Assembly (NCBI GenBank): GCA_030765235.1
Contig: JAVCCW010000006.1
Span: 1,789-65,788 of the forward strand
Source: Candidatus Gorgyraea atricola
Lineage (GTDB): Bacteria; Omnitrophota; Gorgyraeia; Gorgyraeales; Gorgyraeaceae
DNA: 64,000 nucleotides
Reading direction: 5' to 3'
How positions within the stretch are numbered: position 1 is the stretch's first letter; every line of letters begins with the position of its first letter. Below are positions 27,975-36,631 of this stretch, piece after piece. The notes under the pieces were generated by a model that saw only the letters and a list, made by a program, of their open reading frames with translations, searched no databases and was not told the origin of the DNA. The position numbers were made by a program, and so were the translations under genes.

Positions 27975-28680
27975 TTTTCACCGCCTCTCCTACTATAAGA
28001 ACTGCCGGGGGTTTAACTTTAAATCTCTTCACCTGATTTTCTATTGTGCCAATAGTACCACGGATAATCCGCGAATCTTTTCTGGTTGCCTTTTCTATAA
28101 AGGCGCATGGTGTGGCCTTTCTCTTCCCACTTTTAAGAACAGCCTTTACGATATTTCTGATATTGGCCACTCCCATTAAGTATATAAGCGTGGCGCAGTC
28201 TGGCGCGTCGATCTCAGCGTCTTTGTCTTTTTTACGGCCTGTAAGTATCGCGACTGATGAGACCCTGTTCTTTATAGTCAAAGGGGTGTTAAAGCTTTCA
28301 GGCCCGGCAATGGCTGAGGTTATGCCTGGGATCACCTCAAATCTTATGCCTCTCTGAGAAAGATATTTCGCCTCTTCATATCCGCGGCTAAATATAAAAG
28401 GGTCTCCACCTTTCAGGCGCACAACGTTTTTGTGTACCAACGACTTCCTATATAAAAGATTATTTATCTCGCTTTGTTCCTTTAAATGCAATCCATCTTT
28501 TTTGCCCACGCATATTTTCTCAGCAGAGCGCTTGGCATATCTCAAAAGTTCTGGACTGGACAGAAAATCATACAGAACACAGTCTGACTTTTTAAGCGCG
28601 TTAAAGCCCTTTACGCTAATAAGCTCGGGATCACCTGGCCCAGCTCCCACAATATATACCTTGCCTGGTTTCCGCTTCAT
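27955..28680 (-). CDS. cobA: Uroporphyrinogen-III C-methyltransferase (SUMT)
   Basis: VYIVGAGPGDPELI motif; 241 aa. Confidence 0.9.
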   Translation of the reverse strand: MKRKPGKVYIVGAGPGDPELISVKGFNALKKSDCVLYDFLSSPELLRYAKRSAEKICVGKKDGLHLKEQSEINNLLYRKSLVHKNVVRLKGGDPFIFSRGYEEAKYLSQRGIRFEVIPGITSAIAGPESFNTPLTIKNRVSSVAILTGRKKDKDAEIDAPDCATLIYLMGVANIRNIVKAVLKSGKRKATPCAFIEKATRKDSRIIRGTIGTIENQVKRFKVKPPAVLIVGEAVKNGHKAR

Positions 28681-29329
28681 CTATACTCCTAAAGATCTCG
28701 ATAAGATCTTTTCTGTCTTTTCGAACCTGTACCGCGAGCCTTCCCTGTAAGGGGTGAGGCTGGATAATATTAAAAGGTATGATCTGACTAATTTTTTCCT
28801 CACAACCTAATCTAATTAATGCTGCATGGGCGATAATGATCGCGTCAAAATAACCTTTATCTAGCTGAGTCAACCTTTCATCTATATTGCCGCGTATGTC
28901 TAGTGTAGCTAAGTCCTTGCGGTAGTTTGATACTCCGAGTTTACGATTCTTGCTGCTTGCGCCTACTATTGAACCAGCTGGAAGTGTATCAAGAGTAAAA
29001 TTTTGCGTTGTTACAAGAGAGTCATATCCACTGATCGACTTTGTCATTGCAGCGATAACGAGATCTGAAGCAGGGTTCTCTTCCAGATCCTTTGCGCTGT
29101 GAATAGCTGCATCTATCTCTCTATTTAATAGACTCTCTTCTATTTCATAAGTGAAAAAATCTGTGTTTTCACGTAAACTAAGAGAGGTGACTTTATCCTT
29201 GTCCCCCTTTGTCTTAATGAGTGTGGAGTCAAATTTAATGCCAGGCAAAAGACGCTGGATTTCTTCAACCTGTTTTAACGCCAACAGGCTCGGCCGCGCC
29301 CCTATTTTGATACGAATAGACATCGTCAT
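28631..29329 (-). CDS. hemC: Hydroxymethylbilane synthase (domains 1-2; C-terminal domain shortened)
   Basis: IRIGARPSLLALKQ, AIHSAKDL, LPAGSIVGASS, IRGNIDERL...DAIIIAHAALIRLG are collinear with HemC; only 232 aa. Confidence 0.8.
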   Translation of the reverse strand: MTMSIRIKIGARPSLLALKQVEEIQRLLPGIKFDSTLIKTKGDKDKVTSLSLRENTDFFTYEIEESLLNREIDAAIHSAKDLEENPASDLVIAAMTKSISGYDSLVTTQNFTLDTLPAGSIVGASSKNRKLGVSNYRKDLATLDIRGNIDERLTQLDKGYFDAIIIAHAALIRLGCEEKISQIIPFNIIQPHPLQGRLAVQVRKDRKDLIEIFRSIDEAETRQGIYCGSWAR

Positions 29330-30260
29330 TCTCCTTATAATGATCCTGCACTAATAACTCTGCCTTTTTAATGTAACTATTCAAACTCCTCTTATGTTGC
29401 TCAAAGACAATATTTAAATCGTCCAGATTCTGCAAGAAAATACCCGGGATATTCCCTACATCAGGCTCAATGTCCCTTGGCGCAGCCAGATCATATAGAT
29501 AAATGGGTTTATTGCGTTTCTTTACAATATTCAAAAAATGTTCTTTTTTCAATACATAATGCGGGCTTGAAGTAGCGCTTATTAGCACATCCGCGCTCAA
29601 GAGTAACTGCTCCAAATCATCTAATAAAATAGCCCGCCCTCCAGATTGATTTGCAAGTTGTCTTGCTTGTTTATGTTTTTTGCGCGCGACAAAATTTAAA
29701 TTGATTCCATCTGGTTTATTCTTTGAGAAGACCCGAGCGATTTTTCCTGTGCCTACTATAACTATCTCTTTCGGTTTGTCTAAATCCTTAAAAATAATTG
29801 TGGCAATATTAGCTTTGACTTCTTTCAGTCCTGATTTGATCCTTATAGTCTCTACTTTCCCTAAAATATCATTCCAGATTCTTCTCAATGCCAATGGGAA
29901 TGAAGCCTGCCTGATCCATGAGTTTAACTGCTCCAGTATCTCTTCTTCACCTATAACCTGCGACTCCAGGCCACATGCCAGACGCAATGCATGCTCAACC
30001 ACCTCTCTATCTCCAAACTTCACATAAGATCTTTCAGAGATCCATGGAAATCTTATCTGAAATGACTCTATTGTCTTTGCTGCAGAAAATATATCTAGAG
30101 ATGCGCCATATAGCTCTACCCTGTTACAGGTAAAAAGCGCAGCGCTGCTTCTTCCTGGCTTCTGCCAGAACTCTATTATCTCTTTGCGGGCCCTGTAGAT
30201 AGATTCCCGTAATGATAAAGGCGCCTCTTTATAACTTATTCCTATAAGATACAAAATCAT
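29265..30260 (-). CDS. hemA: Glutamyl-tRNA reductase (short form)
   Basis: LFTCNRVELY active-site motif; NADPH Rossmann fold VIVGTGKIA; 331 aa. Confidence 0.85.
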   Translation of the reverse strand: MILYLIGISYKEAPLSLRESIYRARKEIIEFWQKPGRSSAALFTCNRVELYGASLDIFSAAKTIESFQIRFPWISERSYVKFGDREVVEHALRLACGLESQVIGEEEILEQLNSWIRQASFPLALRRIWNDILGKVETIRIKSGLKEVKANIATIIFKDLDKPKEIVIVGTGKIARVFSKNKPDGINLNFVARKKHKQARQLANQSGGRAILLDDLEQLLLSADVLISATSSPHYVLKKEHFLNIVKKRNKPIYLYDLAAPRDIEPDVGNIPGIFLQNLDDLNIVFEQHKRSLNSYIKKAELLVQDHYKENDDVYSYQNRGAAEPVGVKTG

Positions 30261-30702
30261 CCCAATGCTCCTTTAAGAAATTCTTTAAATCCCTGGATAA
30301 GACTGGATCCTTACCATCTGTGTAGACTGCTATGATGGCTTTTTTAAATCTTAGGAGCGCAGGCGATATAAAATCGCTAATGTTTGAATCATCAACAACA
30401 TTAACCAATATCTGAAACTCCCGGCCCCACCGGCTTACCCTTTTATTCAAATCCCTATTATTTGTCGCGCTGACAACAAGTGCTGCATTTCTAATATCGC
30501 AGCGCTGCACAGGACGAGGAATCCATTTTATGTCTCTATTTTTTGCTAAACGCCTGATCGCTGGAGTTGCCTTTGGAGATATGACACGGACATCTCCACC
30601 TGCTTCCAGAAGCACCAATATCTTACGCTCTGCAACCTTGCCGCCTCCTATTACAACCACGCGGCGATCTTTAAGTTTTACTGCTATAGGTAAATAGTTC
30701 AT
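30229..30702 (-). CDS. sirC: Precorrin-2 dehydrogenase / sirohydrochlorin ferrochelatase (SirC / CysG N-domain-like)
   Basis: VVVIGGGKVAERK Rossmann motif; 158 aa from the internal MNYLPI start. Confidence 0.8.
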   Translation of the reverse strand: MNYLPIAVKLKDRRVVVIGGGKVAERKILVLLEAGGDVRVISPKATPAIRRLAKNRDIKWIPRPVQRCDIRNAALVVSATNNRDLNKRVSRWGREFQILVNVVDDSNISDFISPALLRFKKAIIAVYTDGKDPVLSRDLKNFLKEHWDDFVSYRNKL

Positions 30703-31409
30703 GTATTTGCCTTTAGGGGTCTGGTGTGTATGCCGCATTCTCCGCCGCATTTACTTGTGCCTATCCAGCGGCCTGCGCGTTCATTGTCATCATTTGTGAT
30801 CCTTGTACATGGTGCGCATCCAAGAGATCTGTAGCCCTCACCATATAAAAGATTCACGCCTACGCCATAAAGGGCCAAATATTGCCAGACCTCACGTTCT
30901 TTCCATATAAGAATGGGGTTCAATTTTATTAATCCCTTATCGCGCTCTTCAACTTCTTTGAATTCAGTTCGCGTACGACCCTCTGTACAACGAAGTCCAG
31001 TTACCCAGCAGGTAACACCCATATCTTCAACTGCCCGCTTAACCGGTTCTACCTTTAATATATCGCAACATTTGTCTGGTTCTGTCTCATATAGCTTATT
31101 AGGAATCTCTGAATCATTCTTATACACCTTGAGTTCAGGGTATTTCTTCACTTCTTCCTTCATAAAATCAACTGTCTCTTTTGGCTTAAATCTAGTAGTT
31201 ACTATAAATCCTCTGATCTTCGGACTTACGCGTTTTGCAAGATGCCACACTGCAACAGAATCTTTGCCAAGACTATTCGCTAACACTAGACCATCGCCGT
31301 ATTTTTTATAAGCTTCATCTATAAGCTCTAGCGACCGGTCTACCTTTTGTTTAAAATTCAATGTCTCTACTAACACCTTCAAATCTTCGCGAGTTTCCAA
31401 TAAACTCAT
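30699..31409 (-). CDS. cysH: Phosphoadenosine-phosphosulfate / adenylylsulfate reductase (CysH family)
   Basis: PP-loop SLGKDS; C-terminal ECGIH redox motif. Confidence 0.85.
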   Translation of the reverse strand: MSLLETREDLKVLVETLNFKQKVDRSLELIDEAYKKYGDGLVLANSLGKDSVAVWHLAKRVSPKIRGFIVTTRFKPKETVDFMKEEVKKYPELKVYKNDSEIPNKLYETEPDKCCDILKVEPVKRAVEDMGVTCWVTGLRCTEGRTRTEFKEVEERDKGLIKLNPILIWKEREVWQYLALYGVGVNLLYGEGYRSLGCAPCTRITNDDNERAGRWIGTSKCGGECGIHTRPLKANT

Positions 31410-31426
31410 AACTCCCCCCCCTTTGG

Positions 31427-31648
31427 TTAAATCTGATACTCGGGTGATTCCAACCTCCCGAATTTTACCCTGTTCCAGATTCGCTCATGTGCGTAATACA
31501 AAAAGATCTTTATAAGGTTTGCGCTTATCCCAACAACAAGAGACTCCTTTATATCCTTACTGTAGATATAAATAGCGATTACAGTTACTAAAAAAGCTAT
31601 TACGCGCCAGGTTATTGCCTTTGCAATAGATCTTTTTGGATGTTCCAT
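31427..31648 (-). CDS. DUF2061-family small membrane protein
   Basis: 73 aa, two TM helices; this family commonly neighbours sulfate-assimilation genes. Confidence 0.5.
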   Translation of the reverse strand: MEHPKRSIAKAITWRVIAFLVTVIAIYIYSKDIKESLVVGISANLIKIFLYYAHERIWNRVKFGRLESPEYQI

Positions 31649-31676
31649 TCTGTCTCCTCATATACTACTATTATAA

Positions 31677-31738
31677 TCAAGTTAGTCGGGATTAGATTAA
31701 AAAAATAAGGGTGGAAACTACCTTGTCAAACCCTAATC
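31677..31738 (-). promoter_or_regulatory. Structured 5' leader hairpin of DUF2061-cysH operon
   Basis: Nested inverted repeats GGGATTAG...CTAATCCC and AGGGT...ACCCT, 30-90 nt upstream of the DUF2061 ATG. Confidence 0.35.
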
Positions 31739-31772
31739 CCTACTAACCTAATCATATTTGTAATAATTACAA

Positions 31773-31812
31773 GTATACCATATAATCCAATGGTGTCAAG
31801 GGAAAAATTAAG
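31773..31812 (-). promoter_or_regulatory. Predicted promoter TTGACA-16-TGGTATACT (extended -10) for the sulfur/siroheme operon
   Basis: Minus-strand cccTTGACAccattggattataTGGTATACT. The same TGGTATACT -10 type recurs at csoR, the TA operon and the 1026-aa gene. Confidence 0.4.
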
Positions 31813-31882
31813 AAAAGTTATAGCACTAGGGGCACCACGCCCCACTTATCTATCGAAGATTAAATTTTAACGACTAGGCAAT

Positions 31883-31908
31883 GTAGGGGACACTTAAGTG
31901 TCCCCTAC
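31883..31908. repeat. Perfect 26-nt palindrome GTAGGGGACACTTAAGTGTCCCCTAC
   Basis: Same GTAGG...CCTAC architecture as the GTTTAAAC-centred REP family. A related half-site GGCACACTAAAGTGTGCCCTAC lies at 18895-18916. Confidence 0.7.
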
Positions 31909-31957
31909 TGCTACTGCTCTCAAAGTAGAAAACAATAGCGTGAAACAATATTGGCGT

Positions 31958-31995
31958 GGTAAATAAACGACCGTTTATTTATTTTAGGATTTTGG
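31958..31995. repeat. Imperfect direct repeat (left copy) flanking small-ORF cassette
   Basis: AAATAAACGACCGTTTATTTATTTTAGG...GTAGGGTT versus 32553-32590 AAATAAACGAACGATTGTTTATTGTAGGGTT. Confidence 0.5.
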
Positions 31996-32018
31996 GTAGG
32001 GTTGCTTAAATGGTTTCT

Positions 32019-32243
32019 TTACTGATTCTTTATTAATATAAGAATAAAAACTATTAACAAAACAACCACGAGGTAAAAAAGTTCTATTTGCAGGGGAGGT
32101 CTTTTAACCCATTTATGATAGGTAGGTCCCATACCTCGGTTAAGATATAATTTGCTACCACAAGATGGACAATTGATAGTTTTAGAATTACCTCCAAAAT
32201 TTGTCAAATCAGCCCCACAATGGCATAAGTTTTTCATTATCAT
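32019..32243 (-). CDS. Small zinc-ribbon protein with C-terminal transmembrane helix
   Basis: CHCG...CPSCG ribbon; hydrophobic tail LFYLVVVLLIVFILILI; GGAGGG RBS 8 nt upstream. Confidence 0.4.
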   Translation of the reverse strand: MIMKNLCHCGADLTNFGGNSKTINCPSCGSKLYLNRGMGPTYHKWVKRPPLQIELFYLVVVLLIVFILILIKNQ

Positions 32244-32271
32244 CTTTTAAATCCCTCCGCAAATAAAGGTT

Positions 32272-32451
32272 TCATTTCTTAAACCATTTTTTCCAAACAA
32301 CATAACAAAACAAAACAAGAAGCACTCTTCCAAATAGTTCTTTGTAAAAATAATAAAAATTCTCATCTGGAGCTACTTTCGCTGACAATGCCCAGCCAAT
32401 TATTATTAATACTCCTGCCGTTAAAACAATTATCAATTCTTTTTTACTCAA
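32272..32451 (-). CDS. Putative small membrane protein (59 aa, TTG start), tentative
   Basis: Frame LSKKELIIVLTAGVLIIIGWAL...LLVLFCYVVW with two hydrophobic segments. It is preceded by a 12-codon ORF (MEKKRSIGVTVE, ATG 32482) with AAGGAG RBS and a TTGACC-16-TATACT promoter (32504-32531). Confidence 0.25.
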   Translation of the reverse strand: MSKKELIIVLTAGVLIIIGWALSAKVAPDENFYYFYKELFGRVLLVLFCYVVWKKWFKK

Positions 32452-32552
32452 CCGTCACCCCAATTGACCTCTTCTTCTCCATAACATCTCCTTGCTTCTA
32501 CAAAGTATACACTATGCACTTCAAAGGTCAAATAGGATAAAATAATCCACTA

Positions 32553-32590
32553 AATAAACGAACGATTGTTTATTGTAGGGTTTTTATACT
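32553..32590. repeat. Imperfect direct repeat (right copy) flanking small-ORF cassette
   Basis: See 31958-31995. Confidence 0.5.
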
Positions 32591-32723
32591 GGCTATATAC
32601 AAGAAGAATAAGGGGAGGATTGTTTACTGTAGCTAAGGATTCTTAGTTCACTCTATTGCTGTGTAAATCATACGGGTAATCTGGTCAAATCTAACCAGGT
32701 TAGAAACGGCTAAGAAACGGCTA

Positions 32724-32747
32724 CCAAATCAAAGATTTGGAACGGGG
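32724..32747. repeat. Small palindromic element CCAAATC-AAA-GATTTGG + AACGGGG
   Basis: 7-bp perfect stem; same AAATC-NNN-GATTT core as the in-frame RPE-like element. Confidence 0.6.
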
Positions 32748-32825
32748 CTCGCTGTAAACCGTAGCGGACCGCTAAAATCTCTCCAGTGCCGAAGGCCCCA
32801 GCCTGCCAGAAGAATTGAGATTGCT

Positions 32826-32856
32826 TCCCATTCCAAATCTCCGATTTGGAACGGGA
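32826..32856. repeat. Small palindromic element TCCCATTCCAAATC-TCC-GATTTGGAACGGGA
   Basis: 14-bp stem (one mismatch); arms nearly identical to the riboswitch P3 arms. Confidence 0.65.
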
Positions 32857-32918
32857 CACGGTCGCTTCGCTCGCAATGACAAGTAGGTTCTCGACTCGCT
32901 TTGCTCGCTCGAACAGTA

Positions 32919-34628
32919 TTAGAGAATGATGTTGAGTAGGGTGCCTACGAGGAGGGCTACGGATAGCATGATTGTGGCGGATTTTAGCATGTCTTTTATG
33001 CCTAGTTCTTTGACAAGCATAACAAAGGTGGCGATGCAGGGAAAGTAGATTGCTAGCACTGTGGATCCGATTACAAGTTGCTTGGTCGTGAGGTTAAGTG
33101 GGCCGAGCATGCCTACTGCAACGTCTTTTCTTAAAAAGCCTACAATCAATGCAGAGATCGCTTCTTTTGGAAGGCCCCACAGGCCTGTAAGAATTGGCGC
33201 AAATAATCTGGAAACAAAATCTATTACATGAAGCGCGTACAGGATATTGACAAACAAGATCCCTAAGAGCACGTATGGTATTGCCTCTTTTAAAAAACCA
33301 GATACCCTCATCCAGAGTTTCTTAACTACAGCTATAGCCTGAGGTATTCTATATGGTGGGATTTCAACTAATATCTCAGGACTCGCGCCCTTTAACACCT
33401 TATTCATGATAAGGCCCTTTACAATCAAAAGTATAAAAAGTGTGCCAAAGACAATGCCCAGATACTGGCCGCCTCTTTCTCCTACTAGTCCTATGATCAT
33501 GGCGATCTGCGCCATGCATGGGATAGACACAGCCATGAGCGTTGCTGCAATGAATTTTTCACGCCTTCCTTCTAAGAGCCTGAGCGCCAATGCACCTGGC
33601 ACATTGCAGCCCATACCCAGCATCATCGGTACTATTGCAAATCCGTGAAGCCCGATATGATGCATGAGATTGTCGACCATAACTGCCAGACGAGGCAGAT
33701 ATCCAAAATCCTCAAGTATCCCCAAGATCAGATAGAAGCTGATTATATATGGCAACACCATTGCGATTGGCACAAATAGACCTGTAGTCAATACGCCAAA
33801 CGACATCTTAAAATCAATTGCGCCATCAATAAGATTCCCGACTAATACATTGTGTAAAAACGTATCCTGGCCCAGCAAACTGCCAAACTTAAGCATCAAT
33901 GGTGCCCATAGTTTTTCAAATAAAGGCTCGCACACAAAGGTTATAAGGCTCTCGCCAATAAAACGTATGGCCCAGAACGCGCCATAGATAATAGCCATAG
34001 CTATTGGAATACCTGATAGCGGTTTTATGCTAAGCTCTTCTAATCTCTGAAGGACTGTGTGATGATGATGTGTTATTTTCTGAACATCCTCGACAATCTC
34101 TCCTATCCTTTCCCATTTCTCAGAATCAGACAATGGCTTGAGCTTTAAAGGATATGCGTCTTTTAAACGTATAACCAGCTCCTTTATGCCCTCGCCAGTC
34201 AAACCGCATGTTGGAACAACAGGAACGCCCAGATGCTCCTCTAATCTTTTAACATCAATATCAATGCCCTGGTGTTTTGTTTCATCCCACATATTCAGCG
34301 CAATGACAGTGGGGATATTTTTTTCTAATATTTGGAGGGTTAGATACAGATTCCTCTCAAGATTTGTCGCATTTACTACATTTATTACTACATCACCCTG
34401 TTTCAGCATCTGACAGGCTACATCCTCTGCCTTACAGGTAGGCTCTAATGTATAGGTACCAGGCACATCTATAACAGAAGGGCGCTCGCTTCCTATCTTC
34501 ATCTGGCCCTGTGTAAATTCTACAGTAGTGCCCGGATAATTAGACACAGCGATCCTGGCTCCAGTAAGCCTGGAGAATATAGCACTCTTACCAACATTGG
34601 GATTGCCCATCAACAATACTTTTTTCAC
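32919..34628 (-). CDS. feoB: Ferrous iron transporter FeoB (short form)
   Basis: G1 GNPNVGKS and G-protein domain followed by a polytopic permease; 569 aa. Confidence 0.9.
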   Translation of the reverse strand: MKKVLLMGNPNVGKSAIFSRLTGARIAVSNYPGTTVEFTQGQMKIGSERPSVIDVPGTYTLEPTCKAEDVACQMLKQGDVVINVVNATNLERNLYLTLQILEKNIPTVIALNMWDETKHQGIDIDVKRLEEHLGVPVVPTCGLTGEGIKELVIRLKDAYPLKLKPLSDSEKWERIGEIVEDVQKITHHHHTVLQRLEELSIKPLSGIPIAMAIIYGAFWAIRFIGESLITFVCEPLFEKLWAPLMLKFGSLLGQDTFLHNVLVGNLIDGAIDFKMSFGVLTTGLFVPIAMVLPYIISFYLILGILEDFGYLPRLAVMVDNLMHHIGLHGFAIVPMMLGMGCNVPGALALRLLEGRREKFIAATLMAVSIPCMAQIAMIIGLVGERGGQYLGIVFGTLFILLIVKGLIMNKVLKGASPEILVEIPPYRIPQAIAVVKKLWMRVSGFLKEAIPYVLLGILFVNILYALHVIDFVSRLFAPILTGLWGLPKEAISALIVGFLRKDVAVGMLGPLNLTTKQLVIGSTVLAIYFPCIATFVMLVKELGIKDMLKSATIMLSVALLVGTLLNIIL

Positions 34629-34861
34629 GATCTCTCAACCTCTACAAAAATCTTTTTTGCCATACCCCATCCAATGGCAACACGAACCTTATCTACTTCG
34701 ACAGTCTGCGGTCCGCGCCAGAAATGGGAACTGATCTTTTTTATTTTTTTGCCCTGCCTTATACCTATATTCTGGACCCTTTGAGAAAAATCAGAGCCCC
34801 CACGTAGTTCTTTTATGATGCCGCTCTCTCCGTTCTTCACCTGTGTCAAATCTATGATCAT
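34625..34861 (-). CDS. feoA: FeoA
   Basis: 78-aa SH3-like FeoA domain immediately upstream of feoB. Confidence 0.8.
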   Translation of the reverse strand: MIIDLTQVKNGESGIIKELRGGSDFSQRVQNIGIRQGKKIKKISSHFWRGPQTVEVDKVRVAIGWGMAKKIFVEVERS

Positions 34862-34863
34862 TC

Positions 34864-35757
34864 TTATGTTGCCTCCTTATATAACCTGCCCTGAAATGTA
34901 TCCTTTTGCTCTATGCCTCTAAGGACTTTTGATTTATCCAATATCCATAGAGGCGCGACCAATAGATCTCTTGGACAATCTGCGCTTATCCTCTGGATAA
35001 CTGTGCCTGGCCAAAGATGCTCCAGGAATTTTACTGCCAGATCAATGTATTCCTCTAACTCTAATACCTGGAATCTGCCGGCTTTATAAAGCTCTTCTAA
35101 CTTAGTGCTTTTAATTATATGTAACGGGTGGATCTTTATTCCATCTAATTTAAAGCTTGCGACTGAGCGCGCAGTCTCTATTATCATTCCTTCATCTTCA
35201 AATGGCAGTCCTATTATAACATGAGCGCATATCTTTATGTCTTTTTTCTTTCTTGTTAGATCTACTGCTTTAAGAAAATCTTCATATAAGTGTCCGCGAT
35301 TGATCAATCCCAGGGTTTTTTTATGGATAGTCTGAAGGCCATACTCTATCCATACCTCATAATCTTTTGTGTATGAATCTATCAAGTCTATTACATCTCT
35401 ATTAACACAGTCAGGCCTTGTGGCAATGGATATTCCGACGACATCTTCGAATTTTCTCGCGCTGTCATAAATTTGCTTCAGCTTATCCAGTGGCGCATAA
35501 GTATTTGTGTATGCCTGAAAATATACGATGAATTTTTTTGCATTAGCTCGCTTTATACCTTTAGCGATCTGCTCTTCGATCGATCCAAAGGATTTTCTTG
35601 TATTGGGACTAAAGCCTTCGTTATTACAATAGATACAGCCATTATCTGAAATTTTTCCGTCTCTATTCGGGCAGGAAAATCCAGCATCCACAGTGATCTT
35701 CTGTACTCTTTCTTTAAAGCCTTTATTTTTAAAATAGGTTGAAAATTTATAGTACAT
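34864..35757 (-). CDS. Radical SAM protein, TIGR01212 (YhcC) family
   Basis: CPNRDGKISDNGCIYC cluster motif and family-typical length (297 aa). Confidence 0.75.
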   Translation of the reverse strand: MYYKFSTYFKNKGFKERVQKITVDAGFSCPNRDGKISDNGCIYCNNEGFSPNTRKSFGSIEEQIAKGIKRANAKKFIVYFQAYTNTYAPLDKLKQIYDSARKFEDVVGISIATRPDCVNRDVIDLIDSYTKDYEVWIEYGLQTIHKKTLGLINRGHLYEDFLKAVDLTRKKKDIKICAHVIIGLPFEDEGMIIETARSVASFKLDGIKIHPLHIIKSTKLEELYKAGRFQVLELEEYIDLAVKFLEHLWPGTVIQRISADCPRDLLVAPLWILDKSKVLRGIEQKDTFQGRLYKEAT

Positions 35758-36631
35758 TGCCTAAATGTATATTACGAAGGCCGGTAGCCTTGCCGATCTC
35801 TTCTGCCTTCTTCAGTGTTGCAATAGGTGTTGGTTCTGACTCGAGATAATTAAAATCCGGATGAAATCTCGATATATGCCAAGGGATGTTTGGATCTACG
35901 CCTGCGATAAACTCTGCTATATCTTTAAATTCGTCATCAGAATCGTTCTCGCCAGGGACAACAAGTGTTGTAATCTCGACCCAAATACCTGATCTTTTCA
36001 TTGTCTTTATAGAATTTAACACTGGCTCGAGATGTGCCCTGCATTTATCGCGATAAAAATCCTCCCTGAATGACTTAAGGTCTACATTGGCCGCGTCCAA
36101 ATAAGGCTTGATTGTCTCCAGGGCCTCTTCTGTCATGTAGCCGTTTGTTACAAAGATATTGGAAAGCCCTGCTTCTTTAGCAAGTCTTGCAGTATCATAC
36201 GCATATTCAAAGAATATAGTTGGCTCTGTGTATGTATAAGAGATGCTTTTGCATCCAGTCCTCTTTGTCTCCTTTACAACTTGTCCTGGTTCCAGCTCAT
36301 ACCCAGACATATCTCTTGCTTGCGATATCTGCCAGTTCTGGCAAAAAGGACATTTAAAATTACATCCTACTGTCGCTATTGAATAAGAAAACGTGCCTGG
36401 CAAAAAATGATAGATAGGCTTTTTCTCAATTGGATCAACATGCGAAGCAATAACATCTGCATAAACAAGTGTATATAACTTACCATCCTGGTTCTGTCTC
36501 ACGCCACAGATACCAAAATTACCATCTGTAATCGTACATCTGTGGCTACACAAACTGCAGCGCACCTTTCCCTCTCCCAACCTTTCATACAACATCGCTT
36601 CTCTTATCATATTTTCTTTGCAGAAGGACAA
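35747..36631 (-). CDS. AmmeMemoRadiSam-system radical SAM enzyme (AmrS-like)
   Basis: N-terminal CSLCSHRC plus CNFKCPFCQN cluster; PFL-activase-like fold. Confidence 0.7.
   Translation of the reverse strand: MSFCKENMIREAMLYERLGEGKVRCSLCSHRCTITDGNFGICGVRQNQDGKLYTLVYADVIASHVDPIEKKPIYHFLPGTFSYSIATVGCNFKCPFCQNWQISQARDMSGYELEPGQVVKETKRTGCKSISYTYTEPTIFFEYAYDTARLAKEAGLSNIFVTNGYMTEEALETIKPYLDAANVDLKSFREDFYRDKCRAHLEPVLNSIKTMKRSGIWVEITTLVVPGENDSDDEFKDIAEFIAGVDPNIPWHISRFHPDFNYLESEPTPIATLKKAEEIGKATGLRNIHLGNVL

Noticed and set aside
28631-29329. Whether the short 232-aa protein is HemD (missing from the operon) rather than HemC
   Set aside because: Motif-by-motif collinearity with HemC domains 1-2 (ALKQ, AIHSAKDL, LPAGSIVGASS, RGNIDERL) is clear. 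There is no similarity to HemD.
31650-32920. tRNA, tmRNA or rRNA genes in the long non-coding stretch and other intergenic gaps
   Set aside because: No cloverleaf-compatible segment (acceptor stem plus T-loop GTTCRANYC) was recognisable by eye.
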